Positions 23,451-34,577 of a DNA stretch of 64,000 nt are shown in pieces (position 1 is the first letter of the stretch; every line of letters starts with the position of its first letter). Position numbers and translations under genes: made by a program. The notes under the pieces are model-generated. The model was not told the origin of the DNA, made no database searches, and saw only the letters and a list, made by a program, of their open reading frames with translations. This DNA is from Rhodosorus marinus CCMP1338 (Eukaryota > Plantae > Rhodophyta), in NCBI GenBank assembly GCA_029953675.1, contig JAMWBK010000006.1, forward strand, positions 1,612,001 to 1,676,000, written 5' to 3'.

Positions 23451-25202
23451 CTCCAAAACGAATACATCCTCCCTATTCCTTGAAAATAGGAAAACCTAGC
23501 ACCACCCATCAAGCACGAACCGCACCCCCGTTTCATCCAAACCCAATCAATAATCACCCGCAGACACAAAATCCCACTCTATTTTTACCCTCAACCTGGT
23601 CAGGGTTTCTTTTTTTTTACGATTTATCTGTTTGGGTTGTTGTTTGCCATCGTGCTTTTTCGCCTGGTCTCGTATATGTGTTTTTTCTAATTCCAAAAGA
23701 TGCCGCCGCCCTCACGCCCCCCCCACTTCTCCTTTCCAGACTTCTTGCCCCGATCAATGTGCTCGGAATTAAATGATCGTTTTTCTCAATCAACACTAAC
23801 GATCTCATCTTGACTGGGCAAAAATCTGAAACCGAAAATCATGAAAATACAATTTTTTACCATGTAGTCAATCATTTATGGGAAGGGTTTTCCGGGCTTC
23901 GATGTGGGCAGTCGTCAGAGCTAAAAGAAAACACTGCGGGGATATATTCCCATCCCCACGTGTTGTTGAGGGGGGGGGGGAACAAAAAGAAAAAGAAAAG
24001 ACGGGCTTTTTTTTTTCTTTTTGGCCTCCGAGCCAATGTTTGCGTCTGTTAAAAAAATCGAGTATCTCGATATCTATTGGTCAATAGTTTAGATAACATT
24101 CCAGAATTTTCTTAAAACAAGTGCAGGGCTAAAAGTATGTGCCTTCGGTTATCCAATATATTTTGTTCTTCGAAGCTTTTGATAGGCACAAGTCAACTGA
24201 TTCAACGTCTTTGATTAGATTAAGTAGGAAATACGTAAGTATAACTTTTTTATTATATCACAAGACAGCCCCATGCCCATCCTTACTAAGTTCATCCTGG
24301 ATATACCCGTGGTAATATATGTGTTTTCTGGTTGGTGAACGCTAATAAAAGAACATAAAAACCAAATATCTGAAGGTCTTGAGGATATTTTACCCCTTAG
24401 GAAAACCGCAGATCCCATCCTTCAGGCTTTTAATAGGCTTTTAGAATAGCCAATAGGAAAGTGCATATCTCACGATGGTATTTCATCCTTCTGGTTCCTT
24501 TGCTAGGCGAAAACAAGGAGCGAGAGGGGGGTTAGCAATACCGCCCTGGTTGTGGGGGAGCACGAAACTGGTCCCATTCTCCTGTAAAATCTGTCTACAT
24601 CCATCGCACACCCATATTATCGTGGTTGCCGGGGGGTGAGGGGGAAGGAAAGATGAGGGGGGGAAAGTGTTAATTTTTTTGCGGGTTGTGCTGGGAGAGA
24701 AAAATCCTCGGGATGTGGATATTTGGAGTTGTTTGTAAGGGTTTGGGTTGAAACCCTATTTTTTGGGGACTTTTGAGGTGAAACTGTGGAAAGCGTTGAT
24801 CAAATCAAGTGTTTTTTTCGGTTGAAGGTTTTCTTTGTTTTCCAGATGTGTAGTTTTTATTTGTGTTTTGGTTGTTTTTGGTTGTTTTTGGTTTAGTAGG
24901 GTATGAGAGTCGGGTGCGTATAAGAAGTGAGTAAGAGGAATCGGTGAGGTTTCAAGTGTGATGGAGAAGGAGAGGAGACTTGTGTTGGGGATGTGTCTGA
25001 GTTTGCTGTGCGGTGATTGTTTTGGTGTGGTTTTCAAGCAGGAGTTTTTTCTGGTAGCTGGCTGTGTGTGATTTTGTTACTTGAGAAAGGAAGTTGCTTT
25101 TTGGATAGCGTCGAGGAACTGTCGAGCTTTTTTTGGGATTCGTAAAGATGAGCACTGGGTAGGTTGTGCGAGCCCGTTTTTTCTTGCTGTGTGACGGCTG
25201 TT

Positions 25203-25547
25203 ATGGATTACATTGTTTCTAATTCTTTATGTGCTCACGTTTCCACCGAAAGCAGAGATGATGATGGGAGGTCGAAGAGCATTTTGTCTAAGAGCTTGCC
25301 GGCGAGCCCAATTTTTCACCTCATGAAGTACCCGGCGTCGCCGAAGATTGATTCAGATGGGGGCATGACGATGATGAAGAACCGGTTGGATTCTATGCCG
25401 GACTCTCTGCAGGACTCCATGCCGGAGTTCACTCTTGACTCCCCCCCGGTAGTGCCTCAGTCGGCTGACGCCCTGCAGAGGGGCTCGAGTGTGAAGAAAA
25501 CGGCCAAGGCCGTCATGGATTACAAGGATATCTGGCTCTCTCCGTAG
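25203..25547 (+). CDS. Hypothetical Ser/Pro-rich protein, about 114 aa, intronless
   Basis: ORF follows a long G/T-rich 5' tract, has GC3-rich coding-like codons and ends in KDIWLSP. No family recognised. Confidence 0.55.
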   Translation: MDYIVSNSLCAHVSTESRDDDGRSKSILSKSLPASPIFHLMKYPASPKIDSDGGMTMMKNRLDSMPDSLQDSMPEFTLDSPPVVPQSADALQRGSSVKKTAKAVMDYKDIWLSP

Positions 25548-25910
25548 AGAATGTTGGTCGGAGGCTGTGGTGTTTGGAGCCTTTAGCAGTCTCTAAGCTA
25601 TCTATTGCGAGTTGTTAATTTTGTGTCGTCTCATGATTTGGTTTTCTATCAAGCGTTATTTGTTCAAGTCTAGGAGTGGGGAGGGTTGTGTGTTCTGTTT
25701 ATATTATTCGCGTCAATAAATCGACTTTGGTTTGATTTTCTCAAGTATCTGAGCTCCGTGCTGTCAACAAGACTCGACGACACAGACAGCAAGCACGACT
25801 CAAGTCAAGGTCTAAATTCTTTCTTCTGGGGCTCCATGCCCGTTGCTCATTGTCACCCAAATCAGCGTTCAGCAGTATCAGATGAGGGAAGCACTCTTTT
25901 AATTTCTATT

Positions 25911-26543
25911 TTAGACCGAGGAAGAATACGCCATGTCCCAAAAGGCTGTCTCTAGAAGCGCGATCTTGAGGAAGTGATCTTCGACTTTCTTTTTTTCATC
26001 TTCGGTTAGTGTTCTCATGCTCTTGTCGGCGGCCTCCCGGAGCTGAATTGTGTACTCCGTGAAAGAGTCAGCACCCCATCTCGCGGCAAAAGTCTCAAAA
26101 GCTGGTGCAGAGGGTGTAGCCCCCTTCCATGCAACGTTGTAGACATATTCTATCGCCCAGAGGCACATGATTTGGACATTGTACGGCTCAGACCGTATAG
26201 ACCTCAAGAAAGATACGTATTCCGCACATGCTTCTTGCATTGGAACACCAAGCGATACGTTCCTCTCTGCAGCTTTTTCCTTGAACCACAAAACCTCATC
26301 CCAAAGTGCCCAGAGCCCACCATGAATTAATTCATAGTCCTCATCTGGGCATTCAGCAAGAACAGCCCCAACAGTCCTAGAAAATTCCCTCGCGAAATAG
26401 TAATCCTGACTCAACCAGGTGTAGAACTGACTCAACTCAAGCTTTCCAGTCTTCACACCATCCAAAAATCTGTGCTGAGTCGCCTTCTCCCAGGCACCAG
26501 CATGCTTTTCTAGCAACTCAGTACATGTAGCCATCGTTTTCAT
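25911..26543 (-). CDS. tenA: TenA/THI-4 family thiamine-salvage protein, TenA_E type; intronless
   Basis: ATQHRFL, WLSQDYYF, WAIEYVYNVAW (no catalytic Cys, as in plant TenA_E), ARWG and LETAFWDMAY. Confidence 0.9.
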   Translation of the reverse strand: MKTMATCTELLEKHAGAWEKATQHRFLDGVKTGKLELSQFYTWLSQDYYFAREFSRTVGAVLAECPDEDYELIHGGLWALWDEVLWFKEKAAERNVSLGVPMQEACAEYVSFLRSIRSEPYNVQIMCLWAIEYVYNVAWKGATPSAPAFETFAARWGADSFTEYTIQLREAADKSMRTLTEDEKKKVEDHFLKIALLETAFWDMAYSSSV

Positions 26544-27849
26544 CCCGCACACACAAAACAAATCCAACCTCCGGTGTTCTTGATCAACCTGTGGTACAAC
26601 AGACAGCAACTCTCCACCAACTCTCCGAATGCTCTTCAGCCTGAGTCGAGGAAAAAGACAGACCTTTTTTTGGTAGTGACGATCCCACACTTTTCGTTTA
26701 GGATTTGAAGACTTTCTGGCAGAGCTTCAATCTAGAAACTTACCCTGCATTTGTGAGTAGATTGCTGCTGAACCACCAATCTGTTTTCAGAGGTGGAGAT
26801 TCGGTATCGATCGACAGTATTTGCCGAGTATTACAAGTCGGTTCTTTCACCTCGGATGAAACCCATCCGATGTGAGACCCTATTCTTAGTCTTGAAGGGC
26901 CTGTTGTACCCCTTCATATGCTGCAGCTTCGTTGTCATTCGGCTTGACTGTTACTGATCGGTGTCCCGTTTACAGTCAAACTCTATCTCGATACGATAGC
27001 GCTTAATAGGCCTCTTGTTTTTGTGTTTTGTAACTTCAACTGACCAGTTCTGGAGTTTGATATCTTATCATTCAGATTTGGTGGGCTTGAACGGGACAGA
27101 GGAAGTGTCGTGACAAAGCTTCAGCCCTGCTCCCCTCCCAGTAGTCTGCTGACGGCTATATCTTATTTCCGGCATTTCGAATGTCATTTTTAGGCTTGGG
27201 CGGCTGCATCAACAAATGACTGGAAAAAGGCCCAATTAGAAGAGAAAAAATTAGGTAGGTCTTGAGGGACACCTTATAGAACTAGATTTCTTCTGCTTCT
27301 ACTTCATCCTTCTGCTTCAATGTCATATCGAAGGTTGGCAGTCTACGATTTGAGCTGGGTCACGTTTTGGAATTGTGCTTGTGTGGCCCTTTGATAAAAA
27401 TCGCAATGAGCGTGGCATTTACTTCCATGATGAGCAGTATACCGGCTACTGTATCTCCAACTCTGCGCTGGAGAATAACACCTTTTGAAAAGTGGTACCA
27501 ACCCTAAGGGCTGCTGGTAATTATTTGGTGCGTTGGATAGGTTCAACTCTTGGCGAATCGTCGGCAACCCTGTTAAGGAGGCACTCTATTTAACCTCTTG
27601 TCTTATGATTCTCTAGGAATCCCGTCCATAAAGAGGCTTCAAGGAATCACTTGCGTCACTTGGTTCAGACATCTGCTGGATCAAATCTACAGTGTTCCTC
27701 TCCCTCCGTTGCGGCTTCTTCCAGAGAACGGTTTTAGACTAGGAATTATGGTACTTTTACTTCTTCTATTGATAACGTTGACACTCGCTCACAGTCAGAA
27801 TGCAATATTCTTAGTTGCGTGTATGCCCCACCCATTCTTGTCCGGTTGA

Positions 27850-28467
27850 CTACTTGAACTGGTTCGGAATTAGTTTCAAAAATGCGTCATAGTTGGAGTC
27901 GAGTTTCGCAAGCAGGTCGCTTATGTTTGAGTTCGATTGCTTGCGGCTCACAAGGAGAGCCTGATGGTCAAGGTCCTCCAGGGACTTGGTCATGACCTTG
28001 TACGCCTTAACTGCCGAGGAGCGCTTGTCACCAACCTCCGGGGTGTAGTTCGCGAGGTAGTACGATACTTTTCGTATCTCCATGAGAGGAAATGATCGGA
28101 ACTCGTACCTCAATTCTTCTAGTCTGTCCTGCTCGACGAGAGTATGCAGCTCCTTAATCCCTAACCACAACGGAGATAATTACGGCCGAATCGCTGCTTA
28201 GTTTTCAGTTCCAAGGCGCTCACGCAACGGGAAGAAACCCGCAGCGTTTCGGAACTTACTCTGTCGAATATCTAGAGCAATTCCATAGTACTCTAATCCC
28301 TTGGGCTGTTCCTCAACTGCAAACACAGGAGCATCACCAATGTTGGCCAGGACTGTCCCAGAAACCACTACGCCAATGGCCCGCATCGCTTCTCGACGAC
28401 TGCAAGCCGCGCATTTTGTAGTCGACCGATCAAAAGCGTAGACGGTTGAAGGTATAAAGCCAATCAT
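27850..28467 (-). CDS. Thylakoid-lumen PsbQ-like four-helix protein, 2 exons
   Basis: MIGF transit peptide, Tat-like SRREAMR...hydrophobic...VFA signal and a gtaagt donor. The mature part is helical with KAYKVMTKSLEDLDHQA and LDSNYDAFLKLIP, resembling PsbQ/CyanoQ-like bundles. Confidence 0.6.
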
Positions 28468-29149
28468 ACTCTACAATAGTTCAGTTCCGAACATGTTCCC
28501 AACCGTCCGTCACAATCCCTCACGATGCACTTATGTCCACGAATTTGTTCAGTCATGATAAGCCAGTCCCTTCTCGGCGGCGCGGGTGGAGCGCCTTCTG
28601 CATGGGCCTTCACTCAAAAATCATTGGTGACATGGCAATTAAAACTGGAGCATATATGAAGGTCAGTCCCAAGAACAAAGCAAGGAATTGATGACGACGC
28701 CTTTACTTTGTCCGTGATGCAGTGATTGGTGCTTGTCCCAACCCAGCTTGGTCATGCGATAACGTTGCTGAGAAGGCTATCAACGCTGGCGATGATGAGA
28801 TGGTCAGTCCCAGGAAAAACGATGTGAAAAGATACGAATGAGACTCCTTGTAATGCAACGATTGTCCTTTTCGTTAGCTCTTCAGCTTGGTTGAGGCGCT
28901 CCCTCTATTCTCATCGTTGCCCTGAGCAAACTTGCATGACCACGGCTACAATACAAATTCGTGGACTAGATTGCTTGCAGCACTGGGGTAGGGGAGGCAG
29001 GGAAGCGAGCAGTTTTTACAACGAATTTCTTTCAGAGTAGGCTTTATGTCTTCAAAAACCGGACAGAGACTATAGCCTACCGATTTGTGCCGGTTGAGGA
29101 TCTTGCTCTCAAGCTAGTGCTTTTTATTACGCTGCAACATGAACTTTGG

Positions 29150-30188
29150 AGCGCCTGAGCTTCGATATTGATGTCCGTGCGGACTTCTGAGCTGGTGGAG
29201 TTCACGGCCATGCGACAAGGATTGACTTTTTCTGCGCGGAAAGCCATGGTGGTGAACGAGCACAGATTCGGTTCAGGTGAATAGTGGCAAAGAGATTCTC
29301 TGGCCTGTCCAGCTTTTGACCTATGTCCAATCTAGACACTCACACGTACATACACATATCGTGTGGAACATCATCCTCCTCTATGATCAAGCCGCGAGTT
29401 TTTGGAGATTGGCCGGAGAAAACTCTCGTATCCTTAGCTAGTGCAGAGATTGTGGAGCCACCGAGTTTGTCGGTCGTCATCTGAAGGTCACTACAAACCC
29501 GGACGAAACCTCACAAAGCATACACGCCAGTACCAGACTATTCCAAACGTTTGCAGAACTTGACGAGCGGAGGCTGGACGTCCTAAAAGTCAAAGAATAT
29601 TTGCTTCTATATACCCACAAACGTCCCATTAGCATCTCCTCTTAAAAACCTGATGTAAGGCATACACGCCAGCCGGGACAAATAGTACACTTGCTAACAT
29701 TGAAAGGAGAAAATCAAACTTTGCAAGCTGGAAGTCGTTTTGAAAAGCTGAGGGAAAGTTTTTGATAGCTAGATCGCTCTTCCTCATATCTTACCGACCC
29801 TGCTACTGCGTCCCTCCCAGTGCCCTCGGCCCCCCGATCACGTCGTTGCGGTGAGCTCAGCTCCAATTGCGCCGTGCTGTCCTCAGGCGTTGTTCTCAGG
29901 ACACAGTATCTTCGTCCTTGTTAGTTGATAGCGACTTAGCGTTGTGCTTCAGTAAGCAGCGGTCCAGGACATGTTGTCGCCAAGGGGAGCCCCTAGTCCC
30001 TCAGCGAATCCATCCCAGTCCGCCCCAGAGATGCAAGCGCTGCGCCCCCCACCCACTCCAAAAAGCCCCCGAACTCGCAAACCGAAAATGATTCTTGAAA
30101 TTACAAAATAAAAAATCTCAGAACACGCGTCTCTCACCAATTTGAAAAAACTCACTCTTTCATCGTCTTCCTCGAGAACCATTGCCAT
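29150..30188 (-). CDS. Possible multi-exon hypothetical (membrane) protein
   Basis: First exon MAMVLEEDDERVSFFKLVRDACSEIFYFVISRIIFGL lies next to an AT-rich promoter. Further GT/AG-bounded fragments (WRQHVLDRCLLKH; LAKFDFLLSMLASVLFVPAGVYALHQ) and an AATAAA near 29140. Full model not resolved. Confidence 0.35.
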
Positions 30189-31068
30189 TATTCTTATATT
30201 TCAAATATAAACATAGGCATCCATTGGCCAAAAGAAGAGATTACGGACACGTGTCAGTCGTCTATTAGATATATGACGATATTTTCCCAGCCCCCCAACT
30301 CGAGCTCCGTTTACCATGTTGACTGCAGAAGGCTGAAAATATGAATTAATTTGCAGAATAGTGATTGACTTAGTCAATTACACAAAAAAGTTTTTCAGTT
30401 ATTTATTTTCCCTTAATGGAGAGAGAGGTCAAAAAGTCTGCTGGGAGGAATCGAGAAGCGAGCTTCAGGGCAATCGAGATTATCCTAAAAATTCGTAACT
30501 TCAACGGATCTGGGAAGAGGTGAAATCCTTTTTTTTTGGATCGGTTTTTTTGATGTAGCGTATTGCAAACAAGTTAGTGGAACAGTTGGGGGGGGAGAGG
30601 GGCGTGAGTACATGATAATCATTTGGTATAGTTCGAAAAAATATGAGGGGTATAAGTATTTGGGAAACTGTGATTTTTCATTATTAAGAAGACTAAATTA
30701 TGGTTTTTGGGTGGGTAAATCGAGGGGTGTACTTTGAGGAGAATTGTTTGGATAGGATTTGGGGGGATTCTTCTACCCCTGTGAGAGATTGAATTTTTTT
30801 TGGGGGTGAAGTGTGTTGGTGAAGGATTCTGGATGGGATTTGTTGTTGAGTTTGCTTGGGTTTTTTGGGGGGGATTGGAATCGGAAATTTGATGTTTATT
30901 GAAGATGAGGTAGGAAGGGAAGCTTAGCGGGAGGGAGGCTGGGACGGAAGGGAGGTTGCGGTGGGTGAGGGCTTGAGGTGTCTCATTAGTGTTGTGGAGG
31001 CTTGTCTATAGTGAGTTTGAGGATTTTGCGTTGTTTTTGGTTTGTTTCTCGTAAGAAGATAACGCAAG

Positions 31069-31437
31069 ATGTTCGGTTTCGTAACTGGTTTGAGTGTTTC
31101 TGGTTTGAGGGCTGGCAGTGCTAGGTGCTCCTCATTCACTGGCATGAAGTCAGCTGTTCCGGCTCGTGCTAGGTCTGTGAGTACGGTGATGATGGCGTTG
31201 CCGAAGCCGCCAGAGCCGGCGGTTCTCGGAATTGGAGAGAAGATCCCGGGATCTTTCTTCCTTATGCTGTCGATTCTCTGCCTGTTCGTGGGAGGCTACA
31301 GCGTTACCGAGAGCAACCTCTTCGACCCGTTGACCGCAGGTTCCGTGAAGCCGCTGTACGTCCTAGGATCTCTTCTTCTGCCGATCTCCTGGGGGTGCCA
31401 TGTTGCCGCTTGGATCCAGTTCAAGAACGGTAATTAA
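31069..31437 (+). CDS. psaR: Photosystem I subunit PsaR (Psa28)-like, nucleus-encoded, intronless
   Basis: Red-algal-type transit peptide (MFGFV...VMMA), two hydrophobic segments and the C-terminal SLLLPISWGCHVAAWIQFKNGN, which I recall as the red-lineage PsaR motif. The family assignment needs a search. Confidence 0.65.
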   Translation: MFGFVTGLSVSGLRAGSARCSSFTGMKSAVPARARSVSTVMMALPKPPEPAVLGIGEKIPGSFFLMLSILCLFVGGYSVTESNLFDPLTAGSVKPLYVLGSLLLPISWGCHVAAWIQFKNGN

Positions 31438-31568
31438 ATGGCTAGAAGTTTCTTGCGGATTGAGCTCTAATGCAGAGAAATTAAGTTTGATAAAGCCGAA
31501 AAGTTTCCCAAGCAAATCATTCAGCGTTCGTGTGTGTAGCCTGTGAAGAACCACGGTCCCTGGGTTAC

Positions 31569-32560
31569 TTAAATCTGTAGTTTAGAAGAGTCCGTTTCCT
31601 TGTTCTTGGTTTCGTGATTCCGTGAAGCTGCTTTCCAGAGGCAAGATCGAGGAGACCTTGAGATGATGTAACAAAGCGCCTTTTGCCTGATGGCGAGGGA
31701 TACAGCCTCGGAGACCACAGAGGTCCAGCAATGCGGCTCAGAGCATTCGCACGCCGCGAAAGCAACCACACATCCATCCAGCTTGCTTTTAGGTGATGTG
31801 CAGCGCACACGCATGGTAATTTTCCTCGTCAAACTGATGACGTGACCGCACAGTCCGAGACCCTTCACGCATAGGTAGACATGAGCGGTATAGACATGAA
31901 TAGCTTCGAGTGCCAAGCTGTACCGCTCCACCAAAAGAGCCTGAGTACTGGCCGATGAACGGGACATGGCATCCTGTCTGGTATTTTACATACATATTGT
32001 AGTCTGTCTTCGGTTGGGCGCATTTAGAACCCCCAAACCGGCAGAGGAAATTTATCGCCAAATGGTGACAACGGGTCCTGCGCACGAGATTAGACCAGGA
32101 GTGTCATAGAAGGATGCCACAAGTTCAGGTCTTCCTGCCACAGCACCTCTTGAAGCGGAGATCTCGCCAATCGCCTCCATTGCGGCAAACTAAAACTTGC
32201 CAAATGCAAACCCAGCTTTGAGCGATCGCCAGATGCCGCTCGAGGCCAAGCTGATGAAACCTTTTCTAAACAAAGGCGAGGACCGTCAACCCAGCACCTG
32301 ACCTGACCTGGTCTGTTTCCGGCTCCCGCGTACCCATTGACATTCCAAAGTTCCCGACAGCCTGGGACTTTGTTGCCAACCATGCCATGCATGGGGGCGG
32401 AAGCGGGGAGCTAACTGTGGGCTTATCAATTTTCTGGACAACTGAGTCATCCAGCTTCGCTTCAGTCGTGAACGGAGCACTGTAGCATTGACCAAAGAGT
32501 CAATCCAGGACCTCCGCCGCCGGCTCAACATCAAACCATGAGTCCCCACCGCAGCCAATG
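31569..32560 (-). CDS. Hypothetical multi-exon protein
   Basis: In-frame joins across GT-AG introns (…NFGMSM/EKVSSAW…SPLQE/DPLSPFGDKFPLP/DAMSRSSASTQALL…). The 5' end is uncertain. Confidence 0.4.
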
Positions 32561-33026
32561 AAGATCATTATTGTTATGACAAAACAAGAAAACGAAATAG
32601 TCGCAAAAAGTGGTTTCTCTGATGGACAGCAACAACTATATTATAATTATTATAACAAAACGATAAATCCCACCGGCTGGAAGAAAACCCTTTGTATCTG
32701 AGCAACCTCAATGACTTCACTTGATTCAAGTTTTGATAGTATTTTCATCAGATATCCGGTTTGCTTTGATAAGAAAGCGTTTTCTGGGTTATCATGGAAA
32801 AGAGAATTTATTTGTTGGCCAAGTTTTGGGGGGGGCCCGGAGGGAGAGGAGGGGTACATTGGCCAGCTGTATGAAAAGCGCTTATGGCGATTGCCTGACT
32901 GGACGGACTGTGGTTATCTTTAACAGTAGGGGAAGCCTTCGTCTACAGGAACAAAAGGACGGAGAGGAAAAGGATGCCTAGGTCAAAACTAGGATGGAAA
33001 GTGTAGGATGAAAAGAGATTGCACCA

Positions 33027-34017
33027 ATGGATGTTCTTCAACGATACTCGCCTGGAAAGCAGAATTCTCATTGCGTATCGATTCTAAACGAGTTCTGTCA
33101 GAAGCTCAGATTTTCCCAGCTTCCGGAGTAAGCGTTTTTCTCTTTGCCTCCACCATTTTCATCGGTCCTTTGCTTCCTGAGATCTCGTCGTTTGGTGCCC
33201 CTGCTCCCTTTGTCTTTCCTTTATTGTGTCTCGAGACGTTTCACACTTACGGATCTTGGCCAATGCGTGTTCATACTTATGGATCTTGTCCAATGGTTTG
33301 CTAGAGTTCTCGACCGTTGGAGCTTGGCCACCCTTGGATCCTCCTTGTGCTCTTTCTAATCCCGACTATGTCTTTCGTTTCCCAACCTCCAATGCTCCTG
33401 TCAGGTACAATTTTGGCCAGGAAAGTCCGTACTTTTTCTGTAGAATATCGCTTCCAGTGGACTCCGGTGTAAGCAAGGTGTTTGAAGGGAAGGATTTTAC
33501 CAAGAAAGCAGCGAAAGCGAAAGCTGCTGTGCATGCAGTACTCTATCTCCGGGAGAGGTTTGATTCAGGAGCACTAGGCCCAGGGTCTATTCAAAGGGGT
33601 CCTTTGATGCCTAGTGCTGAACCTGCCAAGGTGGAGGTACTCAGATCGTGAGACAGGCATGATCGGCAGCTGTGATTGGTGCTGACATCTTGTTTGTTTG
33701 GATGAAAACAGCCGTCGATCATAGGAGGGCAAAAGCACGCGTATGGTGGCTTTGACAGAGCCGTACCCGCGGTACCAGTCGGATCTGCTGTTGGACCGTC
33801 ACCAAGAATCCCGGGTGCGATGGCTTCTGTAGGACCGTCACCAAGAATTCCGAGTGCGATGACATCTATAGGACCGCCGGGTCCGTCAATGCTTCCAACT
33901 CCTGCAGCTTCTAGTACTCCGTCGGGGTCGCGATTGCCGAGCATGCCCGTCAAAACGGAACCAGTGAGTCAAATCGTTTCCAGTTTCCTGTGCTCTCCAG
34001 AAAGACTAGTGATCTGA
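33027..34017 (+). CDS. Single dsRNA-binding-domain protein with a Pro/Gly-rich repeat tail
   Basis: Exon 1 33027-33127 and exon 2 from 33405 give CVSILNEFCQKLRFSQLPEYNF...FFCRISLP...FEGKDFTKKAAKAKAAVHAVLYL, the dsRBD alpha-beta-beta-beta-alpha consensus. The 3' end is uncertain (34009, 34017 or further). Confidence 0.75.
33790..33867 (+). repeat. 39-nt coding tandem duplication (VGPSPRIPG/SAMA/TS x2)
   Basis: Units at 33790-33828 and 33829-33867, with a partial third unit. Confidence 0.9.
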
Positions 34018-34577
34018 AAATGCGCGATGGCTCTAAGGAGATTCTACACACTCGTTCTCGGTCTCAATATATACATCGGAAAAACTCATAACGGATCTCG
34101 CAGTCACTACAGGTTGCTGCAGGTTACCATCCCACATTTTCATCAGAACAAACTCAGAAGGAACATCAGCAGGTACTGCCGAGCTTGTCTAACCTTGAAC
34201 TAGGTATCTCCAATACACCCAAGACCCGGAAAACATTCGACGAAAGTAAGCAGGTCACAACTGACAGCAACCCTCCCATGCCTTTGCAATCTTGAACAAC
34301 GAATTCTCACGGAACCAGAAGCGCCTGGCGAGAACAGTAGTTCGGTAAGTTCACTCTTCGATTACGCATGCATATGAACAAGGCAAACAAGTCAGATTTC
34401 GCTCTTTGTTGCCTTTGTCATTGGCAATAGAAGCCCATCAGGACTCCCACATCCACGGAAAGGGTTGAGACGAAGGGGAGCAAAAGTAAGCCACCGCAAG
34501 ACCGAGGACTGATCAGAACTCGGTACAAATTCTTTTCTGACTCCCGTTTTATTTGCGCGGATGTAGAACCGTCTGTT

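Noticed and set aside
26545-26800. TPP riboswitch upstream of the thiamine-salvage gene tenA
   Set aside because: No CUGAGA followed by (A)UACCC and no GAUAAUGCCNGCG/AGGGA elements on the sense strand; only a loose ggctgaaga.
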